A stretch of DNA of 63,316 nt, counting the filler, from Nemertoderma westbladi (Eukaryota; Animalia; Xenacoelomorpha), in the NCBI GenBank assembly GCA_032718475.1. It is 4 parts of 4 records of this genome, joined end to end, with 100 filler letters (N's around TTAATTAATTAA, not from the genome) between each part and the next. Parts side by side here need not be neighbours in the genome. Positions count along the whole stretch, not along the records: positions 1 to 18,730 come from JAUCBJ010005993.1; positions 18,831 to 48,034 come from JAUCBJ010000956.1; 2 more parts are not named here. One strand, given 5' to 3'. The notes under the pieces were generated by a model. It made no database searches. It was not told the DNA's origin and saw only the letters and a list, made by a program, of their open reading frames with translations. Within the stretch, counting starts at the first letter, position 1; every line of letters starts with the position of its first letter. The translations under genes and the position numbers were made by a program. Below are positions 13,304-25,934 of this stretch, piece by piece.

Positions 13304-14195
13304 AACACGTTCGTGGAGCCTTCGCGCAGCGCGAGGCTCAGTTATGAGACAAATTAAAATGTGATTCTGTCACACAATCTGTATTTCAGACATTTAACAA
13401 AACTGCCATTCAATAAAAGAAATGGGACTCCTTTTAATCTGCACCCCAACCTATAAGGAACATTCAGGACTACTGTAGTACGTGAGATTGATGACAGGTA
13501 ATGTATTGACTGACATGTACATTAAATTAAGATTGTGGTGTCTCCATTTGTCAGAAATTTTATAAATTATCTTATGCAGATGTCGATGGAGTAATGAAAT
13601 TAAATTAATTTACCCTGTTAATGCCTCAGTGTAAAATTTTTAAACAATTCAAATGACACAAGGAGAATAATATAAATTTTAAGAACATTTCACAGAAATC
13701 CCATAAAAAATACTGTAATTAGCCCAATATTTTGCGGAATAAACAAATTTGGACATAAGCCCTCTTCAGTGGTAATGTTATTGACAAGGAAGCAATAAAA
13801 TTTAACAGACTCTACTAATCTGAATAGGAGTAGGTATGACGGATGCATGGGTTAAAAATCTTTAGCTGCCCAATCTCTCTCCCTGTAAATTGTAGTGAAA
13901 GGCTGTTTTTTACCTCAATCACTTCATTAGCTGCGTTTATCTTAGCTTCTCGAAGACCAATTCAACTTGGAAAATTTCTAAACTTTTGCCAGACTGTAAT
14001 ATTAGTTTTGAATATTGTTTGTTTTATTGTTGTTTTTGGCAGATATTGTCAATAAATAATAATAATAATAATAATACCAAGTTTGGTTAGATTTCATCGA
14101 GGATTGATCGAGTTATTAACGTTCAAAATTGGACAAGACAGGTTCATTAATGGTACCCATACGCTAGGGCCCGCCTTACTTTGTGGCTCGCACCA
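13304..14195. mobile_element. Non-autonomous interspersed element (Helentron/HINE-like), copy A
   Basis: Collinear inverted homolog of 49900-51138. Shared blocks include TTCGTGGRGCCTTCGCGCAGC, ATCTTAGCTTCTCGAAG, CCAAGTTTGG and TTAATGGTACC. The superfamily call rests on the terminal hairpins and is inference. Confidence 0.6.
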
Positions 14196-14396
14196 CATGT
14201 ACGCCTAACATATCCACCACGTACCCCTCCCTTTCTGTATTCTATTGCCCGTCCCCGATTCCGTAATCGTTTTACACCCCCGCCACCCCATTTTTGCTTA
14301 CAAGTTATCCCTCACACTTGTTGTGGGGTAAACGCGTTAATCGCACTCGACACCTGGTCCAAACACTGCTGCACCAGTTGTCTACGGAACATTTAC

Positions 14397-16110
14397 CGCA
14401 GATAGGGGGGGGGGGGGGGGGGGGGGGGGGACTGGACGCAATATAAATTTATCCCTCTCCAGGGGAAATTCGACACAAATAACAGTTGATAACTCTAAAA
14501 CTGTAACCTGTTCTATTGTGTTTAGTTTATTGTTTTGGTTAAAATAACGTGCCATTGTAACCTGTTTGTTTCCCTAAATTGAGAATTTAACATTGGGACG
14601 GAATATTAATTCGCCAAGGCGGGTTTTGCGTCCAGTTTCCCCCCTGTCTCATTTACCGTGGTGTTCTCCTTGACCCACAACTACAGTACTTACACCCGCC
14701 TTCTCAGCTCTTTAGTCTACAAGAATGTAAATGACACGTTCCATACCCTGTTCGTGGTGCTCCATTTTTCCGTTATATATACAGTAGTTATCGATAGTGA
14801 GAATGAAATTCACCTTGTCATCTTCCTTTGGCCGATGCCACTGGGCGAAATGCTACGGCTGATTAAAGGACCCGTACGTTCTCATAAATGGTAAATGTGT
14901 AAGTCCCACCTTGGCGTAGGGGTTACTACAGTATTGCCTTATGTACGCCTATGCGGTAACTAAATGGAGTACCAGTTTCCTCTCTGGGCAGTGTAGTTCT
15001 GGGGGGACCGCACAGAAAATAAGTGTAAGAATTTGCGCCTATTTGTCCCTGGGCCCGTGTGAAGAATACCAGGTTTTCACCAAAATCACATTTTACAGAA
15101 GGGATGAATCTAACCAAAACAATAAACGAATTACTGTAGCTCATGTACAGGTTATAAGACAGAAATAAGGGCTATAAAACACTTAATAAAGATAAATTTA
15201 AAAAAATAAAAAATCTTCATATATAAATTCCAATAAAATGTCGACCGAAAAGTGAAATCCTGGTATTCTTCACATGGGCGTGTCCCTGTCCTAACGACCG
15301 AAGAAAACTTTACTTTTTATGTGATATACCTGTAATTAAAATTAAAATTTCAGTATGCCTAAAACTGTAATTTATCTTTCACTCTTAACCGCATTAATGT
15401 CAAAATTTGTGATAGTGTTCATAAATGTATGAACGCTAGGCCTACAGTATCAATAAACTGTTTCTGGTATGCGTACTGTAATTAGGAGAGTACAAAACAA
15501 AGACCAAATTAAGTAACCAACCTGCATAATCTTGTAACATGTGTTAACTTTCGTTTATTGTTTTGGTTACCTTACCTTAAATGACGATGGGACCGCTCTT
15601 TGGGACCTGTACAAAACAAAGAGGTAAAGTCGCGTTAGAACCCAAAGAGCGTTAGGTCCCAAATAGCGTTAGGTCCCATTGCCATTTACAGTAATGGAGC
15701 AGGTTAGTAAAGGACCAGGCTACAGAGGCGTGTTGGGGCAACTAAAACAATAAACGAAAGTTAACACATGTGGTTTTGTCCTGGTCTTTACTCTTTTGGT
15801 CTTTGTTTTGTACTCACTCTACAGGTTTTTTGTGTTTTTCTTTGTTTTACTTTTTACTTTTTTTATGTAGGCCTACGTTGTTTTTTGTGTACCGGGTATT
15901 TCTCGCCCATGTTAATACTTGAGGAAACTTGACGCAAATCCCATCATGGCGAAGTAATATCCCGTCTCAATTAAATTGCCAGTAAATTAAATTATCATTA
16001 GTGAAACGTGCAGCTTACATTGGCACGTTATTCTAACCAAAACAATAAACGAACGTTGCACGATTACAGTTACAATTTTATTTTTGACTTTTCGGTCGAA
16101 ATTTTGTTGT
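14397..16110. mobile_element. Non-coding multi-hairpin (foldback-like) repeat element
   Basis: Inverted pairs at about 14520-14640/15925-16050, 15053-15080/15252-15279 and 15488-15570/15740-15820; recurrent motif AAAACAATAAACG. Related sequence at 1-110 and, inverted, at 39681-39749. Confidence 0.6.
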
Positions 16111-17214
16111 ACTGTAATTTATATGAATTATTTTTACAGTGATAAATTTAACAGAGATAATTATTGTTAAGAAATATTAAACTTTCGGAATTTATTTCAG
16201 TATTCAACGAATTAAATTTTAAGTACATAACGCATTGGATTGGCAGTGTTAAAAATGTATTGAAGATTATTATTCTTAGTTTATTTCTGACGTTGGACAA
16301 AGGAAAAAGTACCGTATAGATGTATTTATATATTATTATTATTGTATCACTATGGACTGTATAAACGGTTTATATAATTTTGTTTCTGTTTCCTGAGAAG
16401 TACGGTCAATTAATTAAACTACTGTGAACGGTTTATTATTTGTGACCACTGAATTTTTATGCTATTATTATTTTTTATCAACCAAAAAAAAAATGAATGT
16501 CTCAATGTATGTATAAAGTAAAAATCATTTGATGAATAACTAAATTATATTATTATTTTTTATGATATTATAAACTTTTTGGCGCTTTACAAAATAATGC
16601 ATTATTATTATTCCGATTATTATAATAATATTATGTAAGAAAAAAGTGGATTTAATCTGGGGCACGGCCTCTCTAAAGAAACAACTGAACTTGTCTGCTT
16701 GTTTAGAAGGCTGGGGGGGGGGGGGGGGGGGGGAGTTCTGTTATATTACCTAATATATATTTTACAATAGTCATTTTCAAACCTACGTCTAGCCATCAGC
16801 TGATTTCATTTGGCAGAGCGGGAACTTTTCGTTGTGATTTAATCTGGTACCGCAGTACCGTACCACCGGTTGCCGATCTGGCCTGTATGCATGATTGTCT
16901 GACAGTGCACCCGTGCACGGTGATATGACTGTATGAAAGGACGAACACCAATCAGCCGATTTCTCGATCAGGTCTAATTCCTGGATTCAGTACCGGTACC
17001 GGTAGTCTACGTGAACCCGAGCGGTACCAGAATGCCGCTGTTACCGGTATCTGCACCGATACACTCGTGGACGTTATGCAGACTGGGATTGCAAGACCAG
17101 CTAACGCGGCGGTTGGTTGCTGGAATAACAGTTATTCTATTCACCAATATTTGTCTGCTTGTATCTCGGGAACTTACAGAGGTAAGACTGTTTGTCTGTT
17201 TGTACTTGTACCAT

Positions 17215-18730
17215 ACTGGACGCAATATAAATTTATCCCTCTCCAGGGGAAATTCGACACAAATAACAGTTGATAACTCTAAAACTGTAACCTGTTCTAT
17301 TGTGTTTAGTTTATTGTTTTGGTTAAAATAACGTGCCATTGTAACCTGTTTGTTTCCCTAAATTGAGAATTTAACATTGGGACGGAATATTAATTCGCCA
17401 AGGCGGGTTTTGCGTCCAGTTTCCCCCCTGTCTCATTTACCGTGGTGTTCTCCTTGACCCACAACTACAGTACTTACACCCGCCTTCTCAGCTCTTTAGT
17501 CTACAAGAATGTAAATGACACGTTCCATACCCTGTTCGTGGTGCTCCATTTTTCCGTTATATATACAGTAGTTATCGATAGTGAGAATGAAATTCACCTT
17601 GTCATCTTCCTTTGGCCGATGCCACTGGGCGAAATGCTACGGCTGATTAAAGGACCCGTACGTTCTCATAAATGGTAAATGTGTAAGTCCCACCTTGGCG
17701 TAGGGGTTACTACAGTATTGCCTTATGTACGCCTATGCGGTAACTAAATGGAGTACCAGTTTCCTCTCTGGGCAGTGTAGTTCTGGGGGGACCGCACAGA
17801 AAATAAGTGTAAGAATTTGCGCCTATTTGTCCCTGGGCCCGTGTGAAGAATACCAGGTTTTCACCAAAATCACATTTTACAGAAGGGATGAATCTAACCA
17901 AAACAATAAACGAATTACTGTAGCTCATGTACAGGTTATAAGACAGAAATAAGGGCTATAAAACACTTAATAAAGATAAATTTAAAAAAATAAAAAATCT
18001 TCATATATAAATTCCAATAAAATGTCGACCGAAAAGTGAAATCCTGGTATTCTTCACATGGGCGTGTCCCTGTCCTAACGACCGAAGAAAACTTTACTTT
18101 TTATGTGATATACCTGTAATTAAAATTAAAATTTCAGTATGCCTAAAACTGTAATTTATCTTTCACTCTTAACCGCATTAATGTCAAAATTTGTGATAGT
18201 GTTCATAAATGTATGAACGCTAGGCCTACAGTATCAATAAACTGTTTCTGGTATGCGTACTGTAATTAGGAGAGTACAAAACAAAGACCAAATTAAGTAA
18301 CCAACCTGCATAATCTTGTAACATGTGTTAACTTTCGTTTATTGTTTTGGTTACCTTACCTTAAATGACGATGGGACCGCTCTTTGGGACCTGTACAAAA
18401 CAAAGAGGTAAAGTCGCGTTAGAACCCAAAGAGCGTTAGGTCCCAAATAGCGTTAGGTCCCATTGCCATTTACAGTAATGGAGCAGGTTAGTAAAGGACC
18501 AGGCTACAGAGGCGTGTTGGGGCAACTAAAACAATAAACGAAAGTTAACACATGTGGTTTTGTCCTGGTCTTTACTCTTTTGGTCTTTGTTTTGTACTCA
18601 CTCTACAGGTTTTTTGTGTTTTTCTTTGTTTTACTTTTTACTTTTTTTATGTAGGCCTACGTTGTTTTTTGTGTACCGGGTATTTCTCGCCCATGTTAAT
18701 ACTTGAGGAAACTTGACGCAAATCCCATCA
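17215..18730 (+). repeat. Essentially exact direct duplicate of 14431-15946 that ends at the contig edge
   Basis: Constant offset of 2784 bp; identical ORF translations in the track; probably assembly redundancy. Confidence 0.9.
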
Positions 18731-18830
18731 NNNNNNNNNNNNNNNNNNNNNNNNNNNNNNNNNNNNNNNNNNNNTTAATTAATTAANNNNNNNNNNNNNN
18801 NNNNNNNNNNNNNNNNNNNNNNNNNNNNNN
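18731..18830. other. Assembly spacer (N44-TTAATTAATTAA-N44)
   Basis: Identical 100-bp spacers occur at 48035-48134 and 56134-56233; TTAATTAATTAA places stops in all six frames. Confidence 0.97.
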
Positions 18831-20140
18831 CAAAGGAGGCGAATCCATCTGCAGTTCTCCAGTCTGCCGCTAGAGGGCCAAAGGTCTGAAAGTGAAATCG
18901 TTGTCGTCGTTACGATTTTGACATGCTAATAACTTTGTCGGATTTAAAGCTGCCAAGTTGAAAATTTGTAGGTATCAATATGAGCAAAAGTTGAGATTTT
19001 TGAGAGACTTTCAGACACCATCAGTGCAATGGTCTCCCGCTAGAGGGCCACATGTCTAAACATTAAATGCCCTCCCATTTCTTTGCTTTTAATCCGTTTA
19101 AGCTGAAACTTGGCAGATATGTATTAGACCATTAGCTGTGACTTTCAAAGGAGGCGAATCCATCTGCAGTTCTCCAGTCTGCCGCTAGAGGGCCAAAGGT
19201 CTGAAAGTGAAATCGTTGTCGTCGTTACGATTTTGACATGCTAATAACTTTGTCGGATTTAAAGCTGCCAAGTTGAAAATTTGTAGGTATCAATATGAGC
19301 TAAAGTTGAGATTTTTGAGAGACTTTCAGACACCATCAGTGCAATGGTCTCCCGCTAGAGGGCCACATGTCTAAACATTAAATGCCCTCCCATTTCTTTG
19401 CTTTTAATCCGTTTAAGCTGAAACTTGGCAGATATGTATTAGACCATTAGCTGTGACTTTCAAAGGAGGCGAATCCATCTGCAGTTCTCCAGTCTGCCGC
19501 TAGAGGGCCAAATGTCTGAAAGTGAAATCGTTGTCGTCGTTATGATATTGACATGCTTATAACTTTGTCGAATTTAAAGCTGCCAAGTTGAAAATTTGTA
19601 GGCATCAATATGATCAAAAGTTGAGACGTTTGAGAGACTTTCAGACACCATCAGAGCAATAGTCTCCTGCTAGAGGGCCACATGTCTAAACATTAAATGC
19701 CCTCCCATTTCTTTGCTTTTAATCCGTTTAAGCTGAAACTTGGCAGATATGTATTAGACCATTAGCTGTGACTTTCAAAGGAGGCGAATCCATCTGCAGT
19801 TCTCCAGTCTGCCGCTAGAGGGCCAAAGGTCTGAAAGTGAAATCGTTGTCGTCGTTACGATTTTGACATGCTAATAACTTTGTCGGATTTAAAGCTGCCA
19901 AGTTGAAAATTTGTAGGCATCAATATGATCAAAAGTTGAGACGTTTGAGAGACTTTCAGACACCATCAGAGCAATAGTCTCCTGCTAGAGGGCCACATGT
20001 CTAAACGTTAAATGTCCTCCCATTTCTTTGCTTTTAATCCATTTATGCTGAAATTTGGCAGATATGTAATAGACCATAGGATGTGGCTTTGTAGGGAAAC
20101 TAATCCTTCCTTCTTCAGTTACCCAGTCTCCCGCTAGAGG
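18831..20140. repeat. 315-bp tandem satellite (at least 4 units; two related subunits of about 170 and 145 bp)
   Basis: Units start at 18831, 19146, 19461 and 19776. The array is followed at 20219-20245 by GTGCTGCGCGAAGGCCCCAC, a terminus shared with the 13304 and 49900 elements. Confidence 0.95.
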
Positions 20141-20358
20141 GTTAACGTTTTCCGGGAAAATCTTCTCCTATGTTTTTATAATCCTTTCGAGTTGATACTT
20201 AGCATTAACTCATTTCACGTGCTGCGCGAAGGCCCCACTTCGTGTATAGTTTTTGTGATCTTATTCTAATAAAATTCTAATAAAAATTAAACAATTATTT
20301 GAAACCAAAGTAAAGAAAATGATGAATTGTTTATATGTTTTAACATCCATAGTTTGAA

Positions 20359-20461
20359 TTTAAACAGGACCAACTCCATCCAACTCCATAGCAAATGGAG
20401 CGGAAAATGATTTTTCCGCTCCATTTTCTAAAGAGTTGGATCAACTTAAGTCCTGTTTAAA
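20359..20461. mobile_element. About 100-bp palindromic MITE-like hairpin
   Basis: TTTAAACAGGAC...AATGGAGCGGAAAA/TTTTCCGCTCCATT...GTCCTGTTTAAA. Confidence 0.6.
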
Positions 20462-20549
20462 TTACTTAATAATTTATAATTTAATTTTTTATAGTTAGAA
20501 ATTGCTTTTGTATAAGTATAATTATTATTGTGAAATGATTTTCTTTATA

Positions 20550-20809
20550 CAGGGTGGTGAAGAAAAAGTAATGTAAAGTGCTATAAAAACTTTTAATTTT
20601 TATCAAAACACATCGAAATTTTGTAGTCGGTTATTTCAATGAGCAGTATGTGCCGGAGAATGTGCGCGGCAGTACTAATTTTTTTTACCTTGGATCGGGC
20701 TGGTTTTCGGTTGAAAACCTCAATCGGTCTAGCCGTTCTTAAGTTTTTAAAGTATTTATTAAAGTTTTTATTGCACTTTACATGGGTACAGGTTATTTTT
20801 ACCACCCTG
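20550..20809. mobile_element. Tc1/mariner-type MITE
   Basis: TA|CAGGGTGGT ... ACCACCCTG|TA. Confidence 0.7.
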
Positions 20810-20892
20810 TAGTTTATAACTAATTTTATATTTATTTTATTTATATATATTTTTCATGTAAGTATTTTTGAAATATCTCCACGGTTGTTGTA

Positions 20893-21216
20893 CCGTGTAT
20901 TCCATAATGATTGCCCCCCCCCCCCTCCCCCTACCAGCCAAAACTGCCAGACATGTACTTTAGTGTAATATACCATTCGAAAGATAATTTAATTCTGAGC
21001 TTACATGCAAACATTTAGGGTCCAATACAAAAGAATAAAAATTTTATAGGCAATTCTTTAAACCAATCTTACTTTTCAATATTTGTGATTTAATCACAAT
21101 TAAAAAAAATATAATTTAACCAGCGTGAGTCATGCATGTCGGGGATGGATGTCTAAGGTGCATGTCTGGCTGTTTTGGCTGGCCAGAGGGGCGGGGGGGC
21201 AATTAGTAGGATACGT
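20893..21216. mobile_element. MITE with imperfect long TIRs
   Basis: ATTGCCCCCC..CCAGCCAAAACTGCCAGACATG is inverted against CATGTCTGGCTGTTTTGGCTGG..GGGGGGCAAT. Confidence 0.65.
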
Positions 21217-21786
21217 TAAATAGTCTGTCCAGGATTTGGAGTCCCAAAATAATAAAACGGAATCCCAAAGGTCGATTACTTAGGGCAGCAGTTGAACCAG
21301 AGCTCCTACATAGGAGTTAATGCTGGGAGTAATTCCCCCCGACAAATATTTACCCCGACTGCGGGTGTGTCTTCATGTAAAAAAAAAATGCTGGGATTAA
21401 TTACAGCTGATAAGAAACCAAATATCAGGATGGCTCTTATAAAAGTTTGCCATTTATTCGAAAAAGCACCCTGTCTCGAATAAACGTCAGTCCCAAATAA
21501 GCACAAATGAGACTCAGCGAATAACACCTTCCCCAACCCCCAATTTGCGCTTTACCACCATTTGGAAATTTATAAACATCAAATAAATACTAAAATATGT
21601 GTACTATATAGTTCTTTTTTTTACTTTTTTTTCTTTTTTTTTTACCTTAGTGTTGTTTCTAGCTCGGATAGTAATTTGTATCATCTATATTATTATGTAA
21701 ACCAGTTTGATAGATTCGATAAATTTGATAGATTTGGCTAGAGAACAATTAATTTGAAGTAATAATTTCACATACAATATAATTTA

Positions 21787-24700
21787 ATGAATACTAATAG
21801 TAATCGTGGCAAGCGACTTGTACAATTGGCTTTGGAGAAGTCGACTTTTCAACCATATGTCGCACGGAAAGTTTACCCTCTTAGAAGGCGATGTAAAGGA
21901 GGCTACAAGGATTTCGCCGCAGATTTGACTCGGCTGAATGAGAAAGGTATCAGAGAAGAGCTGCATTCATGTGATGGGTCGCATGATATTGAGTTGGGGT
22001 ACAATAATGAGGTTGCCAGTGACAGGGATATAGAACTGGAGCACTACAATGAGGGTGCTGGTGGCGAGGATATAGAACTGGAGCACTACAAGGAGGGTGC
22101 TGGTGGCGAGGATATAGAACTGGAGCACTACAAGGAGGTTGCCGGTGCCGTTGATATAGAACTGGAGCACTACAAGGAGGGTTCCGGTGGCAGGGATATA
22201 GAACTGGAGCACTACAAGGAGGGTACCGGTGCCGTGGATATAGAACTGGAGCACTACAAGGGGGGTGCTGGTGGCGAGGATATAGAACTGGCGCAGTTCC
22301 TCTCATGGAGTGGTCGCGAATTATCCATTCCAGCTGAAATGATTTTAACCAAACCTAAAATGACATCTTACGTTTCTGAAGAACCAGCCGCCATCTGTGT
22401 TGATAGTGTTTTATCCAATCGAGGTGTTAAAGTGCAGTATTGTCGCTATTGTACTCTTCCACAGACTAACCTGGTAAGACATTTCAAGCAAATACATAGT
22501 GAAGAGTCGCATGTTAATCAATTAATTGATATTGATAAAGGAATTGAATTCAAGAAAAAGAGAAAGCAATTCTCTTTAGCTGAGCAAACACTTTTCAAGA
22601 AAAGACAGGATATTATTGAACTTCTTCGCAATGAGGGTAATTCAAGCATAATAACAGTGTGCGAAAGCATGGGGCAGGAATCATTGCTGTAAAAAGGCGA
22701 GATGGTCATATAAAAAATTCAAACGCAATAATACAATCCACAAGTACAGATCAAGTAACAAGTTGCCCATTTTGCAAAGCCTCTTTTCGTTCTCATCAGC
22801 TGAGTCTGCATTCGAAAAAATGTACATTAAAACCTGCTGGTGCATCTCATGTGGGATCCTTAATCGCTGGTCGCGCTTTAGATATGGTCCAGTTTGATGA
22901 GAGCAGTGAACTTCGCTCCTTATATGCCAGTATGCGCCAGGATGTAATACTTGATATACTCAAGAGTGACACATCATTTGTCGAGTTGGCTAAATTTTTT
23001 CTAAAGAGAAGAAGAGATGGTGATGAGAGTCTTTCATCTTCCCAACAGACCTTAAGACGCTTGGCTCGGTTGTTGAACTTACTGCAAAGAGATAATTTTC
23101 GATTCCAGGCGCAGGATATGATAAATCCTGCAAATTGTGATAGGGTCTCTGATTGTGTTACTTTAAACTTTGTAAAGGCCACACAGCTGAAAATCGGTTA
23201 TAACTTAAAGGCCCTCGCTGGTGTGATTCATTGTAATGCAATCAAAACAAACAATACTATGATGCAAACACGGTCAACTGATTTCTTGACGCTGTATGAG
23301 AAGGAATGGGGGTCTATAGTGTCGCGGCGTGCCCGGCATGGAATTATAAAAGAACGGTTTAATAAAGTTCAAACCATACCACTAACTGAAGATATTGTAT
23401 TATTTCACAAACGAGTCAATGAAGATATTCTTAAAATATCGTCCATGGATAAAGAATGTCGAAATTATAGACATACGCAGGAGATAGTTCTTGCTCAAAT
23501 TATCATCTTCAACAGCAAGCTAGCTAGTGAACCAGGTGGCATTAAATGCCACACAGTCTTAAATGGTCTAAATAGGGACCCCACTGCTCAAACACCCAAG
23601 GAGGTTATCTCCAAATTATCAGACATTGAAAAACAGCTTATTAAACGGATTGGCACGATAACAATATTGGGGAAGCAAGGAAGACCAGTTCCGATCCTAA
23701 TAACACCACAGGTACGAATTCTGTTGCTATACCTTTGCGAGAATTTGGATGACAATGAATATGTCTTCAAGTCTACTGGCGCTAATCCAATAAGAGGGCT
23801 GGATATATTGCACAAATATGCTTATCGTTATGAATTAAAACAACCTGAATTGATCAGAAGCACAATATTAAGAAAGTACGGCGCCACTGTCTGCCAATTA
23901 TTAAATTTAGATGAAAATGAGAAAGATTGGCTGAGCCGACATTTGGGGCACTCACCCATGATACACCAACAAGTTTACAGACTCCACGACAATGTCATTG
24001 AAATCAGCCAAATATCGAAAGTCATGCTCGCCATTAGTAAAGGAAAACTAAACAAATCCGCTGGTAAAAAGATGACTCATTAGAAGATGTGTTGTCCGAT
24101 ATAGAGGATGAAGACGAACAGGTTCGAAATGGAGAAGAGATACCTGATGAAATATGAAGTATTAGTGAAATGAAGTGAAATATTAAACTGAAGAGGTTCC
24201 AAGTATAGTTCACAGTATAGATCGCGAGGAAGACGGAAAGATAAATGTAGATGAATATGATGTCCTAAATGAATTCGAGAGAGAGGTTGGTAATACTAAT
24301 ATAATTGGAATTGGTGCACTGTCAGAAAGATTGTATCACTAAGAAAATATAAATTGATAGAAGATTTAATAGAAAATATTTGAAACTAATACAATATTAA
24401 CAAATTTAACGATCTCAGTCAGAAGCAATTATTGGTTCTTTAAAAATTTAAAACCAGACAAAAATTCACTTCAGTTCAAAAATATTAAAATTTTGAAACC
24501 CAGAGGATGCCTTAGAAAATCATATTATATAGTTTCGCACTTACCATTACAATGATATAAAGGATGAGTTTTGTTATAGTCTTTCTAATTAGATTCGAAT
24601 AATCTTATTTTTCTATAAATAGGTTGGGGTTACCAGTGGTGTTGGAGAAGAGAATATATCGCCTATGTTGCCTAGGTCTACAAAGAAGCGTAGGGAGAAA

Positions 24701-24904
24701 TCAAAACCGATGGAAAAGCGAAATTGGTCCAAGAAAGAGTTAAAGACAATAGAGAGGTGCTTTGAGAAAAACCTACTTAATATGACGCCGCCCAAAAAGG
24801 AGGAAATAGAGCAAATTCAAAGAGAGCACAGTATTCTTGGTAGTATCCCATGGCGGCATATTTACCATCAAATATATAACCGAATCAGGAAACGTAAAAG
24901 ATAA
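21787..24904 (+). pseudogene. Degenerate tyrosine-recombinase gene of a Crypton-like DNA element (Zn fingers + YR core + C-terminal Myb/SANT-like exon)
   Basis: Zn-finger motifs CRYC..LVRHFKQIH and CPFC..LSLHSKKC. YR-like motifs GKQGRPVPIL, IRG, STILRKYGAT, LSRHLGHSPMIHQQVYR. Terminal exon RNWSKKE...PPKKEE...W..IY..IYN after an acceptor at about 24622. Frameshifts near 22641 and 24068. Confidence 0.8.
21985..22291 (+). repeat. In-frame 45-bp coding repeat (DIELEHYKEGAGGE-type 15-mers, about 7 units)
   Basis: GATATAGAACTGGAGCACTAC recurs every 45 bp. Confidence 0.9.
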
Positions 24905-25043
24905 ATTAATTAACCATTAACTGTAACGTGATAAAAATAAATACTGCCTATTATTGTTATTCAAAATTACCATGTCAGTCACATGAAGTTTAGTATTCGA
25001 CTCTGAATAATATCAATAAATGTTATTAAGCCATCATACTTAA

Positions 25044-25400
25044 CCCTATTAAACCCGGAGGATGTGGGGGGTAATACGACCCGTGGTTTTATCAATTATG
25101 TTTCTCAATCAAACAGAGTTCGGAATCTGAACTTACAACTTTTCAAAAAAAAACCTTTTCAAGATATAGAACTTATGAATTGTACCATACCGTCATCTCT
25201 ATTTTTTGTCCGCGGACTTGGGGGGTTCAGAATTCTTCGGAAAAATGTACTAGAGATTTGAAACTTGTTATTATTCTGGTGTTAAATTTTGGTGTTAGTA
25301 CCAAATTTGAGCACCAATTGAAAATCATCTGTTCTGAATCCAACGGAATGAATAAAAAAAGGAACTGGACATCTCAAAGTGCAACAAAGTTATGGTTACT
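25044..25400 (+). mobile_element. Left-end fragment of the TTAA/CCCTATTA piggyBac-like element family
   Basis: TTAA|CCCTATTAAACCCGG and an internal GGTGTTAGTACCAAATTT motif match 56685-58242. Confidence 0.65.
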
Positions 25401-25559
25401 TGTTTATTTTGTCATACAGTATTGTACCTACGTAGAGTCCTAAAACGATATTAATAGTAATTCAATGATTTTAAATTGCCTTTTTCATCGTCCCAAAAAC
25501 AGTTTAACTTTTATATATTTTCATTATGTGATTTTTGTTCATTATAACTGCCAAAATTT

Positions 25560-25919
25560 TCACACTTAGGTTAGCACTATATTCAATTTACTCGTAAAAT
25601 AGTATACTGCTAACATTTACACAGTGCAGTTAGCACTATAGTAACTTTATTTTTATAATATTATACTGCTAACATTTACACACAAAGTTAGCACTATAGA
25701 AGATTCTGCCAATATATTGATGCACACATGAGACGCTAGGGGGCGCATCGCAATTTACACATACACATGTCCGAGTTTGCAAAACCTTTAAAGTGCTAAC
25801 AGCCAAACTGAAAGCAAATTTGCACCAACCATGTCTTTAGAATTCATTTGGCAGGTTTGGTTAGCACTTTATGTTAGCACTTTAAAAAAGTTAGCACTTT
25901 AGCCTAAAAAGCTGCTGTG
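25560..25919. mobile_element. Right terminus of a CACAG-type (EnSpm/CMC-like) TIR element
   Basis: Ends ...GCTGCTGTG|TA (reverse complement CACAGCAGC). Many subterminal TTAGCACT/GCTAAC repeats in both orientations. No left partner found. Confidence 0.45.
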
Positions 25920-25934
25920 TAGTTAGACCTTTAG

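Noticed and set aside
17215-18730. 1.5-kb duplication as a biological LTR pair or segmental duplication
   Set aside because: It appears identical, starts next to a poly-G run in copy 1, ends exactly at the contig edge and has no TG..CA or PBS; assembly redundancy is more likely.
18775-18786. TTAATTAATTAA inside the N-runs as a conserved motif
   Set aside because: Artificial six-frame stop linker, identical in all three gaps.
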